Assembly (NCBI RefSeq): GCF_006345805.1
Contig: NC_043006.1
Location: 41,540,001-41,604,000 of the forward strand
DNA from: Octopus sinensis
Lineage: Eukaryota
DNA length: 64,000 nucleotides
Reading direction: 5' to 3'
Shown here: positions 25,619-38,809 of the stretch, in pieces
Layout of the letters: each line of letters starts with the position of its first letter
Numbering within the stretch: position 1 is the stretch's first letter
Program-made: the position numbers and the translations under genes
The notes under the pieces: model-generated
The model's database searches: none
What the model saw: only the letters and a program-made list of their open reading frames with translations
What the model was told of the DNA's origin: nothing

Positions 25619-25762
25619 ATAGCGTTATATCACGACATTTATCCATTGAAATGATTCTTCTAATGACGGCAAAGGCATTCGAAACGATAGCTAACTGCAT
25701 GGTTCATAGAAAGCGAACCATCGAAGTAGAGACATGCAGCTGCGTAATTTACAATCTGGACG
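25619..25762 (+). CDS. Candidate exon (144 nt, phase 1-1)
   Basis: ttttctgacactaaacAG acceptor, gtgatt donor and frame SVISRHLSIEMILLMTAKAFETIANCMVHRKRTIEVETCSCVIYNLD. Unlinked and could be chance. Confidence 0.2.
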
Positions 25763-27099
25763 GTGATTGTACTTTTATTTGAAATCCGATAAGAGCATGC
25801 TCACTGAGTTCTTTGAGAAACGACCGCGCTCGACGGTCTTTACTACTTTATTCATAATTACAGACACACGCCGCACGCGCTCACATATATATATGTAGGC
25901 ACTGTGTTTCTTTGTAGCTTCGTATATATGCGAGTATATTTTAGTAGCTCACTCTATGATATAGATGCGTGTACACTTATAGAAGTTAGCTAAAAAATGT
26001 GGAGAATATTATGTTCTCCCATTCTCTTCATAATTGAATATCTAGAGACTAAAATTACGCATAATTTCTTTCTTCTCTAGGGACACCCCTGATTCGTATT
26101 TGTATTAATTCTTTCCTATAGCTTTTATTTATTTGTCTTTTGATTTCTATTTTGATTTTCTGAGACACAGTTCTCCAGAAATATGGAGAGTTATGGAAAA
26201 TTGGAACGATTACATTTAAATCTAAAATGAGAAAATCCCAATAACAAATCAATATTAACCATACATTTGCATTTGTGGCACATTATGACGGTCTTTCATA
26301 GTTATTTATACGGTTTATTATATTTGGCGAATTCACCGCAGCCTAGCATTTTCGATTTATTGACCGACTAATCTGGTCATAAACAAAGCTTCTCTGCTTT
26401 CTGAGGGGAAACGAAAATTTAGTTTAACATTCTTCAGACAATTTGCAAATTCACTGACGATGAAGTACCTGGAATTCATTTCAGTATTTTCTTCTTTTTC
26501 ATCTGCTTTTAACTTATAAAATTTAACTTACTTCATTTTGCACTAAACGCTTTAGTCAGTGTTGCATTTTTCTGGCACATTTTTCTTACGTTTACTTCTC
26601 TTTCAATGAAATTATCTAGGCGATGTCGTATGAAAAATGTAAAAACATCGACACCACTTACATAATTACACTACCAATGTCTTGAATGATAGTCTCAACC
26701 AAATCTACGAACTCCATCCTTTAGAATAACAAGAAAAGAAGAAGAATCTACACATGAATTTACCTCCTGCGAATCTTATATGTCTATTAAATAAATTTTG
26801 TTGTTGAAAATATTTTTGCGACTGACAAACATGAAAATCTGCCGAGCGAAACATTACTCCGATACTTTCTGATTTACGGAAACGATACATCAATTACATA
26901 CCTATATGTTGACTAATAACTGACATTATAGATTCTCCTCGGAAGGAAGTTGCGATGGCCTTTGAATTTAGATGTGCTACTTTGTTTTATTCTATTCACA
27001 ACCTAAAACAACTTATTTCATTTAATTTATCAATATGTCAGTGTTTCTATATAAGTTGTCATTTGCTGTCTCTGGTTTCTCTCTGTTCATTGTTTGTAC

Positions 27100-27180
27100 A
27101 TCCATCCATCCATCCATCCATCCATCCATCCATCCATCCATCCATCTATCCATCCATCCATACATACATACATACATACA

Positions 27181-27212
<32 letters not shown>

Positions 27213-27295
27213 CACGTATGTATGTATGCATGTATGTATGTATGTATGTATGTATGTATGTATGTATGTATGTATGTATGTATGTATGTATGTAT
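27100..27295. repeat. (CATC)n/(CATA)n/(TATG)n microsatellite
   Basis: Directly visible. Confidence 0.95.
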
Positions 27296-27574
27296 AATGG
27301 AGAAGGAAGAATGTTGCAAACTATTTAACATATCAAATTTAACTATAAGCTTTCGAACACTTTATTCGGGTAATACCAATGGGCATGAAGTTAAGACATA
27401 CCTTGTCACCAAACAACAGTTACTCTATTATATTGCTTAACTCAAATGAACACATCAAATAATATGGGGTAACTTTTAAGACGATAACACACGATTAAAG
27501 TTTTTTACAAGATTGCAAGGAAAACTAGTGCCAACGGCATCCGTAACCCATTGGATACTGTTATTGGTGAAGGT

Positions 27575-27780
27575 GGTGAGCTGGCAGTGTCATTAGCATG
27601 CCGGACAAAATGCTTAGCGGCATTTCATCCATCTTTAAGTTCTGAGTTCAAATTACGCCAAGGTAGACTTTGCCTTTCATCTTTTCGTGGGCCGATAAAT
27701 TAAGTACCAGCGATACACTGGGGTCGATGTAATCGACTTGTCCCCTCCTCAAATTTCAGGCCATGTGCCTAGAATAGAAC
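27575..27780 (+). mobile_element. SINE family 2 (Meta-like), well preserved
   Basis: gagctggcagtgtcattagc...gagttcaaattacgcc...gcctttcatcttttcgtgggccgataaattaagtaccag...ggggtcgatgtaatcgac. Confidence 0.9.
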
Positions 27781-29100
27781 TGATACTGTAATCGGTGATT
27801 CTGTTAATTTGTGTTGAAAATGCTGTCAGCTGAAAATTTATGCAGAAAGAAAATCCTAGAACGAAGTTTATGGAAGAAGGATTCGTGACATGGCGTCATG
27901 GGGTTAGACATGTATTAACAGATGAGATGAGGAGAGACGAGTTGTTGAGAGAACCTGAGTTGAGATGCTGCGGGTCATGCTACCACAAAGAGGCAGCGAT
28001 TATTGACATAGCTATAGAAAAGAGAGATAAAAGGAGAACCAGAGTGTAGACAGCAGGTTTATATGTCAGTGGTTGGAGCGCATGAGATGAATATGTCAAT
28101 CAGTCATGTGACTTTTCTCTAGTTGCCGTTATGTTTGTGGTTGCAGCAGCACGTTCTGATCGTGTGAATATGCCTTCTGTTGTGGATCCCACTTCAGCTC
28201 TGTGGATGGTGATTGTTGAAGTATGAAATATTTTCTAGCATTGAAGAGAAGCATCAGTCTTTGAGCTGCAATTCTTTCCATGTAAAGTACATGTTCGAAG
28301 CTGTGAAAATAGCGATCATCATAACTTCGAAGAGGATTGAAGTGTTTTAGATATCAATAACGAAGAATAAAGTAGGATCAAAGATATGTTGTTAATTCGA
28401 GGTGTTCGCAGATTAAGAGAGAAAGCTGATATATTTAGAGGAAAGAGTGGAGATGAGTTGGAGCTAGATGGACTCGAAGTCTCTCTTGCTGATATTTCAT
28501 TCAAAGTAAATGACAAGGAGATTAGAATCTACGCATGCGCAGATTCAAAGTTTCTGAATCAAGTTGGCGAAAAGAATTTACACTTGCGCGGAAATAAACT
28601 TTCCGAATGAAGCTTAAGATAAAAGGCCAACCTGAACAATCAAGATCGATTGTAGAAAGGGGTTAAAAGAAAGGGGTTGTAGAAAGGGGTTATGTCCCCA
28701 AAGGAAACAAGATGTACGCCTGGTGTTTTAGTAGGAGGTGAAGTGTTGGTTAGATATGAACACATTCCACGACTATTAGAAAAAGATTAGTGAATCAGTC
28801 AACAGTTTATTTCTAGATATTTTTTTCTTTTTGTCGTCGTGCACAGAGGTGGGACAGAAACCCTACTTCATAGCTGCAGCTGTGAATTAAGTAACAGTTT
28901 TCAAATTGGGCAGCGTTAGAAATAGAGATTCTAAGTCATGTTTATGAGGACCAATTGCGAAAAATGTATCAACATTCACCGTTTTAATACCTTTCCGTAT
29001 ATAAGATATTCAAACACATTATTAATGTTATTTCTTACGGCATTGCACAGTTTCCGGTAACTCTGCTCTTGTTCGCCATGGCACCTAATTAGTCGCTAAG

Positions 29101-29231
29101 ATGACACTGATCAATTGCTCCCGATATATTTTGATTCTCTCCAATCGAGGAATACACTTCCTTCCCAGAAATTCAGAGGGTTAACATATGATGTTCAGTA
29201 TGACGATCTGGACATGTCACATCTCATCACC
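29101..29231 (+). CDS. Candidate exon (alternative start at 29169)
   Basis: Frame DTDQLLPIYFDSLQSRNTLPSQKFRGLTYDVQYDDLDMSHLIT with gtaata donor. Unlinked. Confidence 0.2.
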
Positions 29232-29564
29232 GTAATAGTTAGACGATACTGTGGTATATCTGCATAAATAATATCAAAATATCAACGCGATATATCATAT
29301 TCTAATTATCTGGTAATGCAATATATGATGTAGAATATATTCTATACGATATATACCACACAAGAACAGCAAATGAATTTATATGGTTTCTGTTTTCATG
29401 TGAACAAAATGTATGGCTTTGTATGCATTTCTTTGGGGAGGGTGGACATAACTTTCGAGTAATTGTTTATAACAAATTATTGACCAGTTCAAACTGATGG
29501 ATTGAAAATATATCGATCAAAGAACTACTTGAATTTGGTAGTTCGTTGGGTTCTAAATCTTGAC

Positions 29565-29880
29565 TTTCATCCTTTCGGGATCGTTAAATTAAGTACCAGT
29601 TGAGTAATGGGGTCGATCTAATCGACTGGTCCCTTCCCCCAAAATGTCGGGCCTAGAAAAGGATATTCTATGTTGTCTTAAACAGCAAGCTGGCAGAATC
29701 GGTAGCACGCCAGGAAAATTGGTTAGCGGCATTTTGTCCGTTTTTTTGTTCCAAGCTCGAATTCCACCGAAGACGACTTTGCTTTCATTCCTTTCGGAGT
29801 CGATAGAATAAGTACCAGTTGAGTACTGGGGTCTATGTAATCGACACCCCCACCCCACCCCGGGAATTGTTAGTCTTATG
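29565..29880 (+). mobile_element. Tandem doublet of SINE family 2
   Basis: The core gactttcatcctttcgggatcgttaaattaagtaccag occurs twice. Confidence 0.85.
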
Positions 29881-30546
29881 ATAAAATGTAAAATCAATAT
29901 GTTATGTTGTTTTCTGGGATGCACCGTTATAATTATAATTTATTTTGTTGCATTTCGTTATCTCTGTTGCTGATTCTAGAGTTTCTCAATTCTGAAAAAA
30001 TCGTGAATATCTTTCTTTGAAGAACTTGTTTGGTTTTATATTTTTTATTTGCTAAAACAGCTAACAGTTTCTTGATCATTTGCATATTTGAGATAACTAG
30101 TGCATGGTCAGAGGAAAGTTGGTGAATTATTCACCAAATGGTAGCGTGGGAGGTAAATGACTATCTAGTGTGAATTTTGTTGCTATACCATGGTGAATCA
30201 AATGCGTATCTATTGAGAAAAATTCTTTAGAGTGTAATGCTCGTGTTTAGAATATAATGTCTAGGGTGTTTCCGGTTTAAAGTGACTCACTCTGTTACGT
30301 TATTACATCACTATTCATGTTTGTACAATCTTAAACGCAGGCGGCGTTAAATGTAGAGCTTTGAATATTCCCTTCCTGAGAATAGTATAGTTCCGTAAGT
30401 GACGTGTCGTTTGATGGTTGAGTAGTCATAATATGGTGTCGTTTTCTGTTACACTATGGCTGCCATTTGTTATGCCCATCTGTGTTTATCTATATCAATC
30501 CACCCATCCACCTCTGTCTGCTTGTCTGTCTCTGTCTCTCTCTCTC

Positions 30547-30621
<75 letters not shown>

Positions 30622-30741
30622 AAATGAAAGAATTCTATCCACCAATGCGGTGCTGAGCAGTCAGCTTCATCATCCGACATTTAATTAAATACACACACAA
30701 ACATGCACACACACACACACATACATACATACATACATACA

Positions 30742-30826
<85 letters not shown>

Positions 30827-30889
30827 CGTATACACACATATATACATATACGTGTGTGCGTGTCGCTGTGATTGACCGCTAAATCCACA

Positions 30890-31054
30890 ACTGTTTTTTT
30901 TCTCGCTGTGTTTATTTCCTCGTGGTCCTTTCTGTTGAAGAGCGTATGCTCGAAACGTAAAACACCTTCTCACGTTCCCGAGCGTCAAACTAATACACCT
31001 TCTTGTTGTTCATACACATGTCTTCATCTTTTGTTTTTCTGTAAATTTTGACTA

Positions 31055-31060
<6 letters not shown>
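30890..31060 (+). repeat. Dispersed repeat with hammerhead-like motif (CUGUUGA core)
   Basis: ctttCTGTTGAA-GAGC-gtat-GCTC-GAAAC-GTA at 30928-30965. Same family as 57420 and 63465. Confidence 0.75.
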
Positions 31061-31137
<77 letters not shown>

Positions 31138-31335
31138 ATATTATATATATAATATATATAGCAAATCTACAAATGGAGAGGATGCAGAACGACATACATG
31201 AGCCGGTAAATATTCCAGTCTGTCTATTTATTCGAAAGCATTAGAAGATATTAAAAGAATACATACACATTTAGTAGCCATGTGTTACACACACATGTTT
31301 TAATACTACAGAAAAGAGCAATATATATATATATC

Positions 31336-32613
31336 TTAGGTTAGCTAAAAAGTCCGTTCGTTTTTTTTTTTTAGGTGAAAATCAAAACAGAGTAAACAAT
31401 TGGGAAAAATGTATTTAATCAATACAATAGTTACCATTTGCTTCTATAACCTTTCGCCACCTGTTGGGTAGATCTTTAATCCCTTGTTCGAAGAATCTAG
31501 GTTCTATATTAGCAAAAAATTTTTCCAAGAAAGTTTTCACGTCTTCATCAGAATTAAATCTTTTCCCATTCAATGACCGAAACAGATGGAAATCTGATGG
31601 GGCCAGATCTGGAGAGTACGGAGGGTGAGGCAAAACTTCCCACTCAAGCTGCAGCAACTTCTGCCGAGTAATCAAAGCAGTGTGTGGCCTTGCGTTTTCA
31701 TGGTGGAAAACAACGCCTTTGCCATTCACCAGTTCTGGCCGTTTTTTGATGAAGAGCCGCATTTAATTTATCCAGTTGTTCACAATAAACCTCTGGATTT
31801 ATGGTTTTATTCAAGGGAAGAAGTTCAAAAAAGATAACACCCTTCCAATCCCACCATTTCGATAACAGAACTTTCTTTGGGTGAAAACCTGCTTTGGGTG
31901 TTTGTTTTGGAGAATCCTCTGCTTTTTTCCGTGATCTTCGTTTCACATTATTGTAAACTACCCACTTTTCATCTCCAGTAACAATTCTTCTCAAAAAGGG
32001 TTCGTTGTTTTCCTTTTTCAGTAATGTATCGCAAATAGAAACCTTCTGGACAAGATTTGCTTCTGTAAAATTATGGGGAACCCAAACATCAAGTTTAGAA
32101 ACATAACCAAGTTTATGCAATTCATTTTCCACACTTGTTTTGGATATGTTAAGAATATCTGCGATTTGTCTGGTCCTAAGACTGCAGTCTTGTTTGGCTA
32201 CAGCTCTCAGTTGGTCGATGTCAATTTCTTTTCGCCGGCCAGAATGAGGTGCATCTCTTACTGAAAAATTCTCTGATCGAAATCGAGCAAACCATTTTTG
32301 GCACACCCGTTCTGAAACCGCATTCTTTCCATACACATTGCATAATTTTCGGCAAGTTTCTGTTGCTTTCTTTCCTTTTCTGAAGTAAAAAAGCATTAGA
32401 TGCTGATAGTGCTCCGCCCGGTCTTCCATGTCTAGGCTCAAATGCAATCAAACAAGTTGCAATCTCTCTCCTTTGAGGTTTGTTATACACTGAGGTAATC
32501 TTGGTCATTATACCGAATACGTTTCTAAAGAAAAAGACTGTCGGAAGAGTGATTAGAAGACCGGACAGTTGATACTAACAAAAAAAAACGAACGGACTAT
32601 TTGTCCAACCCAA
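31336..32613 (-). mobile_element. Mariner transposon, mellifera-subfamily-like, ~1.28 kb
   Basis: Imperfect TIRs ttaggttagctaaaaagtccgttcg / cgaacggactatttgtccaacccaa followed by TA. A transposase frame lies between them. Confidence 0.95.
31415..32429 (-). pseudogene. Mariner DD34D transposase, disrupted
   Basis: WVPH, TGDEKW, HENARPH (D to E change) and YSPDLAPSD motifs. There is a +1 shift in an A-run near 31745 and small in-frame deletions. Confidence 0.93.
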
Positions 32614-32616
32614 TAT

Positions 32617-32667
<51 letters not shown>

Positions 32668-32829
32668 TACAGAATGTTTATATAATATCACACCCCACAC
32701 TTCTCGTAACAACTTGTAGCTAGTCTATCTTGCTTGATTTATAAATAAGTTAGAATAGAGGATTCCCGTTGCTATTCTTTTCTACTTTAGAATGGCTCTG
32801 AAATTATTTTTCTTCGAATGTTATGAGCG

Positions 32830-33250
32830 ACGACAAACATCGTAGTGTCATATACATTTGTAATACTTATTGTGGTCTATTGATTAGATTGTTGTTTCTC
32901 TTTGTTTCACGTTTATTTTCAAATAATAGACTCTGCAATGATTGTAATAATAGTTTTTTAGTATTTCCTGTTTATAACTCTTCTGTCGTTATTGTCATTT
33001 TCATTATTGTTATTCTTGTAAATTGTAATTGTAATTTCCCCTGTTATTTGGTAAATGTTTCGAAAACAGTCTTAGAATGTTTCACTAAGACTTGTTGTGT
33101 AATTTGTAGACCCGCAAAGGATTTGCATTTTTCAGGGTCTTATGGCACGCTTCGTTCGGTTATAGCATATCTTGTCTTCTCAGTCGATGGGTCCTTGTGT
33201 ATCTTTCGTGCAGTAATGCAGTTATGACTGTCTCTCTTACTAGTGGGGAA
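32830..33250 (-). pseudogene. Highly degenerate PLE-like ORF relic
   Basis: Minus-strand VRETVITALLHERY...NEACHKTLKNA resembles the PLE region after the RT. Many stops. Confidence 0.35.
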
Positions 33251-33614
33251 GTTTCAGTATTATTTTATTCATTATATTTCAGCACTTTTGAAACTGTTAC
33301 TTTAGACTTGAAGAATATTTGGTCGCCAATTGTTACAGCTCGAGTAAACACACTGAAACGTCTTCGGTAGATGAAGTGGTGGACATATACACGAGACCAT
33401 GGTTGATGTTTGCTTTATGTTATTGCTTGACTTAAAAAATAACCTGCTAAACTGTAAAAGGGTTCCCAATAAAAGAGAATTCTATTGACATATTAAGGAA
33501 CCTAGAGGCAATTGTAAAATTTGTTACTTTCCAACGGCGAAAGATATGTTAGGGTTAACAATACTTTGGCCACTTACAGATACACACACATGCATACATA
33601 TGCATATACATATA

Positions 33615-33658
<44 letters not shown>

Positions 33659-34689
33659 CATATGTATATATACACGTATATATATTATGATTATTTGTTT
33701 GTATAATTGTATGTTTATGAGGCAATAGGTTAATGTGTTTATCTCTTTATGAGCGTAAGTATGTTTAATGTTTTTACAAATGTTGTCCCTATATGCTCGT
33801 TCTTACTAGTGAGTTCCAAATCTGTTATGAGCATCTATTAAATAAATCATCTCTCTTTTGCCTTTTATGGTCGCTAATCTGAAGCTTAAAGAGATAAACA
33901 TTTACATTTTTCCAAATCAATCTCTTTATTGGACTTGGCAACAGCTGCAGGATGTGTCTCTCTATTTTTCGCTTCTAACCCTCCACATCCAAAACTATCT
34001 CTGTCTCCTTTTGGCTCCTTTTGGCTCCTTCTGTCTCTTCACACCACTTTTTCTCTTTCTTCTTTCTTTCATTCTCGATAGTCGATGAATGAAACGTCTA
34101 TTGGTCTATTATCTCACCAGCCATATATTTTGATTTCAAAGCTAATGCCATTGTTTGTGTATATTCCTAAGTTTTCAACTCGCAGGAAATATGGCACAGT
34201 TTCCAACCCTGCTTTAGCAACTTTATTTTATTTAGTGGTCATACAAAAAAAAAAGCCGTAATTATAGTTAATGACAAAATGTATTCAGTTACTAAATTCT
34301 TTAAAATATCTCTCGAAACTTTACGTGATAACGTCATTCCATCCATCATACAGAAGTATTTTGAAATATAGTATATATTTATTTACAATACAATAAGTAA
34401 CATTTTCTAATTTTGATTGCTCTATTTGAGTTTCGAATCCACTTTAGATGTGCTTAATTTTTATAATTCTAGCATGATAATTAATTAAGGTCCCCAATAA
34501 TTCTGATCCCCAATCTGGAAATAGCCTCAAATTATATAAGTGTAATGTTAAATAGAAACGAACTTCCCAGATCACACTGAGAAATATTTTAGTTTCATCC
34601 GTTCCAGATGTTTCTTTTCCGATAATAATTTTGAGTCCCCCAGATTATGTATAAAACGAAATATCATTGGTAAATATTACTGACCTGAA

Positions 34690-35050
34690 TGCGGCGGTGA
34701 GCTGGCAGAATCGTTACCACGCTGGGCAAAATGCTTAGCGGCGGTCCATCTGTCATTACGTTCTGAACTGAAATTCCGTCGATGTTGACTTTGCTTTTCC
34801 CCCTTTCAGAATTGATAAAATAAGCACCAGTTGAGCACTGGGGGTCGATGAAATCTACTAATCTCTTCCATCGCATTTTCTGGTCTTCTGATAAAATTTA
34901 AAGCCAATATTATCGATCTGAGTAGGACAGCGAGCTGGCACAATCGTTAGCACGCCGAGTTAAATGCTTGGCGTCATTTTGTCCGTCTTTACGGTACCGA
35001 GCTCAAATTCTGTCGAGATCGGCTTTGCCTTTCCTCCTTTCGGGGTCAAC
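34690..35050 (+). mobile_element. Tandem doublet of SINE family 2
   Basis: Two copies starting gagctggcagaatcgtt and gagctggcacaatcgtt. Confidence 0.85.
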
Positions 35051-36545
35051 AAGCACTGACACAAAGCTAGTAATATGAAATCAATGTTGCTGAACTGAGT
35101 ATCAATGTCTCTATGCTAGAAATATAAAAAAATATTGATGAAATGAGAAAATGATTGAACATACTTTAAATATATTACATGCTGTAGTAACAATCACCAG
35201 TTCCAACGAATTCCCGCCACTTACACAATTAATGCACATTCAGAGTTCTTTGACCATTCGTGTTGTCAAGAAAATAGATTCTTATTTATAAAATAAAAAA
35301 TGTTCAGTACAAAAGATGAACACTTAGGGAGCCGAGCCTTGGATAGAATCACTGTTTCTACATTTAGCTATTCTCGTTTCCTATAACTTTCATTCATCTT
35401 CTATCTAAGTTCCAGATGCCTATGGATATAAAGGATCCTCATAGATTTTTAGCTTGAATTGAGATAAAAAGGTACTTTGATTAGGTTCGTTACGTTTCAT
35501 ATAAAAATATAGGTTATTAGATTAGTTAGCATTTCAAATAAAATGTAAGACTCGGTTCATAGTTCCATTTCTTTAGATTTACTATTTAATCACATAGCAA
35601 CCGTTTGCAATGACATTTTCGAGAAAAGCAATTACACAATACATACAACCCAATATAAACAATAACACTACTTATTTGCTGATTTTCTCATTTAAAATTT
35701 CGTGTAAGGCCGTTTTACGGTTTAGACATGATGAAGGTGTTTACAATAGTGTGTAGATTTTGGAAAATTGAATCGGATCCGCTAATGACAAGAAAATTTA
35801 TTCAATGAATCATTAAGAATCAAATATAACATAATGTAATTTGAATAACTTCGTATCTCGGTTAATAAGTGTTCTGCTGCTAATGATTTCTAACAGAAGA
35901 ACAGGTGGTATATGTAAGAAGAGGAGTGCGGCTGATTCTGTCGACCTAGGTTCTTGTCATATTACTGCCGCTGGATGGGAAAAAAAATCAAAATCAATAT
36001 CGGCATCATTGCAACACTGAGCGTATGAAAATAGGGCAAAATAAGGCCTTTTACCCTCTCAGCCATTCACACTTCCATCTTATTTTTTGTTATTAATACG
36101 ATTGACAAAGGAATGAAAATCACATAATCGCAATCCTTGGTCTTCGAAACTATGGCACGCTATTTAGCTTGTGTAGGAAAAATGATTCATAAATGATAGT
36201 TTTCCTAATCAGACTTACTGGTCAATGCTTGTGGGCAGGTGGTAAGGCTGTTGTACGCAAAGTTGTGGTTTTGATTCTTGGGGTGGCGATGCATTATGTT
36301 CTTGAGCAAAACTATTCACTTCATTCCCCCCCCCCAGTCCAATCAACTGTAAATAAGTGACCCTGCAACTGACTAGTGTCCCGTTCTAGGGTAATGTTAT
36401 GAGTCCATGGAGACGAGGTAAGCGGTCATATGGCTTTTACAATCTGAGAGTAGGTGTCCGGTTGTTGATAATGATTGGTTTGCTTGATCAGAAATACGAT
36501 ACATATATAGTAAAATCAATTAGGCTAGTTTTCTGACTCAAATCT

Positions 36546-36815
36546 ATATTGGTCAGTTCTATATTTAAGAGATAAGGAATTATTTACATTAGTTACATTA
36601 TTTACATTTGACGGATATTTGTCCTCATCTTGTTTGTTGTTAACACAACATTTCGGCTGATATACCTTCCAGCCTTCATCAGGTGTCTTGGGGAAATTTC
36701 GAACCTGGGTTCGATTTTGTTGTTATTGTTGTTATTCAGGTCACTGCCTGGAATCCAACTCGGTATCTTGGGGTTAGTAGCCCGCGCTCTTAACCACTAC
36801 GGCATATTGGTCAGT
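36546..36815 (-). mobile_element. tRNA-headed SINE family 4 with internal hammerhead, flanked by 12-bp TSD
   Basis: ATATTGGTCAGT occurs at 36546-36557 and 36804-36815. The minus-strand head has an A-box-like gccgtagtgg and a B-box-like agttggattcc. Confidence 0.9.
36642..36688 (-). ncRNA. Minimal type I hammerhead ribozyme motif
   Basis: Minus strand: agacac-CTGATGA-a-GGCTG-gaaggtatat-CAGCC-GAAA-TG-TT|gtgtt. Stem I is gacac/gtgtt and the cleavage triplet is GUU. Confidence 0.7.
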
Positions 36816-37574
36816 AGATGAATAAGCGTACTGAGTCGATGACAGAGCGAAATGGATGCTGGTCGTTGATATAATGAGGTGGTTGTAAATTTTCTGACAG
36901 GATATGCTACATTCAGATTTCATATATATTATCATTAGTTTATCAAGGAATCTCTATGAGGGAATGCGTTTTTACGTATAAGATAATGAGACGCTTACAG
37001 GGAGAGGAAATGTACACTATTTGTCGATTCTTTAGTTGTAGATTCGATAACATCGTCTGTTTTTTTTTGCTATATTTTGGGACGGTCATTTTCTTTTTTA
37101 TTTTTTACAAATAAGCAGACACACTACAAATAAGCAGACACACTACAAATTCGTTCTTTATTTTATAGTTGTTCTTATTTTATGTCCTATGTCTGGAAAT
37201 ATTTCGTCACATTTCCAATGACCTCTCCAGCGATTGTTCATTCCACCTGTTTCCTCCTTTCCCGCTTAGAAATGGACTAAACATTCAAACCCGATGTCAC
37301 ATCAGGAATCTTGCAAAATAAACACGTAAACGTAAGTCTATTGTACACTCTCTAACAAGAATAACAAGATTTCTGTGGATGAAATTACTTTGAACAAAGA
37401 CCATTTTTTATCAGGGCTGATTAGAAGCTTAATAATTGTTCTTAATTTTGTCACACAGCGATTTTTAGGTGGTAGGGACAAAGCCGACTGACACTGGATG
37501 GTCGACATACGTATATATATATATATATATATATATAATCACATTATTTCTTTCCGATATATATATATATATTT

Positions 37575-37880
37575 TCTCTCTAGTTTCAGCTCAGAGATGC
37601 GGCCATGCTATACTGTTATTACTAAGAGCCCCCTCTAATATGTGGCACTTGGTGAAGCATGGAGTTTGACATAGCAACCCTCATTTGCACCTCTTGCCGT
37701 GAGGTAGGTTCATCTGGGACTCTCGAAAGGAAGAGTCTCCAGCTTTGATTTAAAAACCCCTACATCTACTTTGTGCAATTCCTGGAAGAATATTAAAAAG
37801 CTGTGGGCCCTTGAAACCCAGGCTGTTGCAGTAACTGGTCCTGAAGCGTGATGGCATTGCTGGGAACTTTGGCACTATGT
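37575..37880 (-). mobile_element. CR1/L2-group LINE 3' end fragment (related to 46144-47397)
   Basis: Shares gtcccagatgaacc and the agcatggccgca...gctgaaactag terminus. Confidence 0.8.
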
Positions 37881-37899
37881 AGTATACTTTTTAGTGGGA

Positions 37900-38230
37900 A
37901 CACATGTCAATTACACCAATCTCAACAGGCAACTGCTACATATTTTATTGACCCCGAAAGAATGAAATGCGAAACCGACTTCGATGGAATTGGAACTCAG
38001 AACATAGAATCGAAAGAAATGGCGCAAAGCGGTTTTTCTAGCGTGCCAAGTCGACAACTTTTATCCTCAAGCAATAATTCTTTCTAATTTCTGCACCAGG
38101 CCTTCAGTGTTAGAGGAGGGGATTAGCAAATTTCACCGGCTCCAGTATTTGACTGGTACTTATTTAATCGACCCCAAAAGGATGAAAGGCAGAGTCGGCC
38201 TCGACGCAATTTGAACTCAGAACGTAGCGA
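37900..38230 (-). mobile_element. Tandem doublet of SINE family 2
   Basis: gaccccgaaagaatgaaatgcgaaaccgac and gaccccaaaaggatgaaaggcagagtcggc cores. Confidence 0.8.
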
Positions 38231-38658
38231 CCACAGCCTTTCGCTTTATCCAGCCTCAAGTAGTAGTTGAATTTTAAGAAATGTACAAAATAGAGGATGT
38301 GATTGTTGAAGCGAAATTTTTTTTAAAAAATGAATTATTTCAGAAAAAATGGGTCCCGATTTAAATGCTAAAATGTAACTCATTGTCATTTAAGAATTAC
38401 ATCGTTTATTGAATTCGGTGTTGGTTTTTATTTTAATGTATTTGCATTACTGAATCGATTACTAAAGTTCTAAACTGTTGCTGTAGTCACTTTAAATAAT
38501 TGAATGTTAAAAATAAATATAAATTATAGTTACAAAAAGTGGGGTGGGGAAGCGATTCAATAAATAAGAGAAATAACTAAATTGCTTTAGGCTGTAAGTT
38601 TAAATCTGAAAATGGCTTCATGTCCTTAGTGAGCAGTATATATATATATATATATATA

Positions 38659-38797
38659 TTTCTTTATTGCTCACAAGGGGCTAAACATAGAGGGGAAAAC
38701 GAGGACAGACAAAGGGATTAAGTCGGTTACATCGACCCCAGTGCGAAACTGGTACTTAATTTATCGCCCCCGAAAAGATTAAAGGCAAAGTCGACCT
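38659..38797 (-). mobile_element. SINE family 2, 3' part with long tail
   Basis: Meta-like core plus the tail ...tgtttagccccttgtgagcaataaagaaat followed by (AT)n. Confidence 0.85.
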
Positions 38798-38809
38798 TGT
38801 GTGTGTGTA

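Noticed and set aside
27800-28610. + strand ORFs 27840-28049 and 28386-28610 (LHLRGNKL, LRR-like)
   Set aside because: Only a single LRR-like motif and no splice context. More likely the antisense of a decayed LINE, which I also cannot assign.
37108-37150. Short tandem duplication (acaaataagcagacacact x2)
   Set aside because: An ordinary slippage duplication with only two units.
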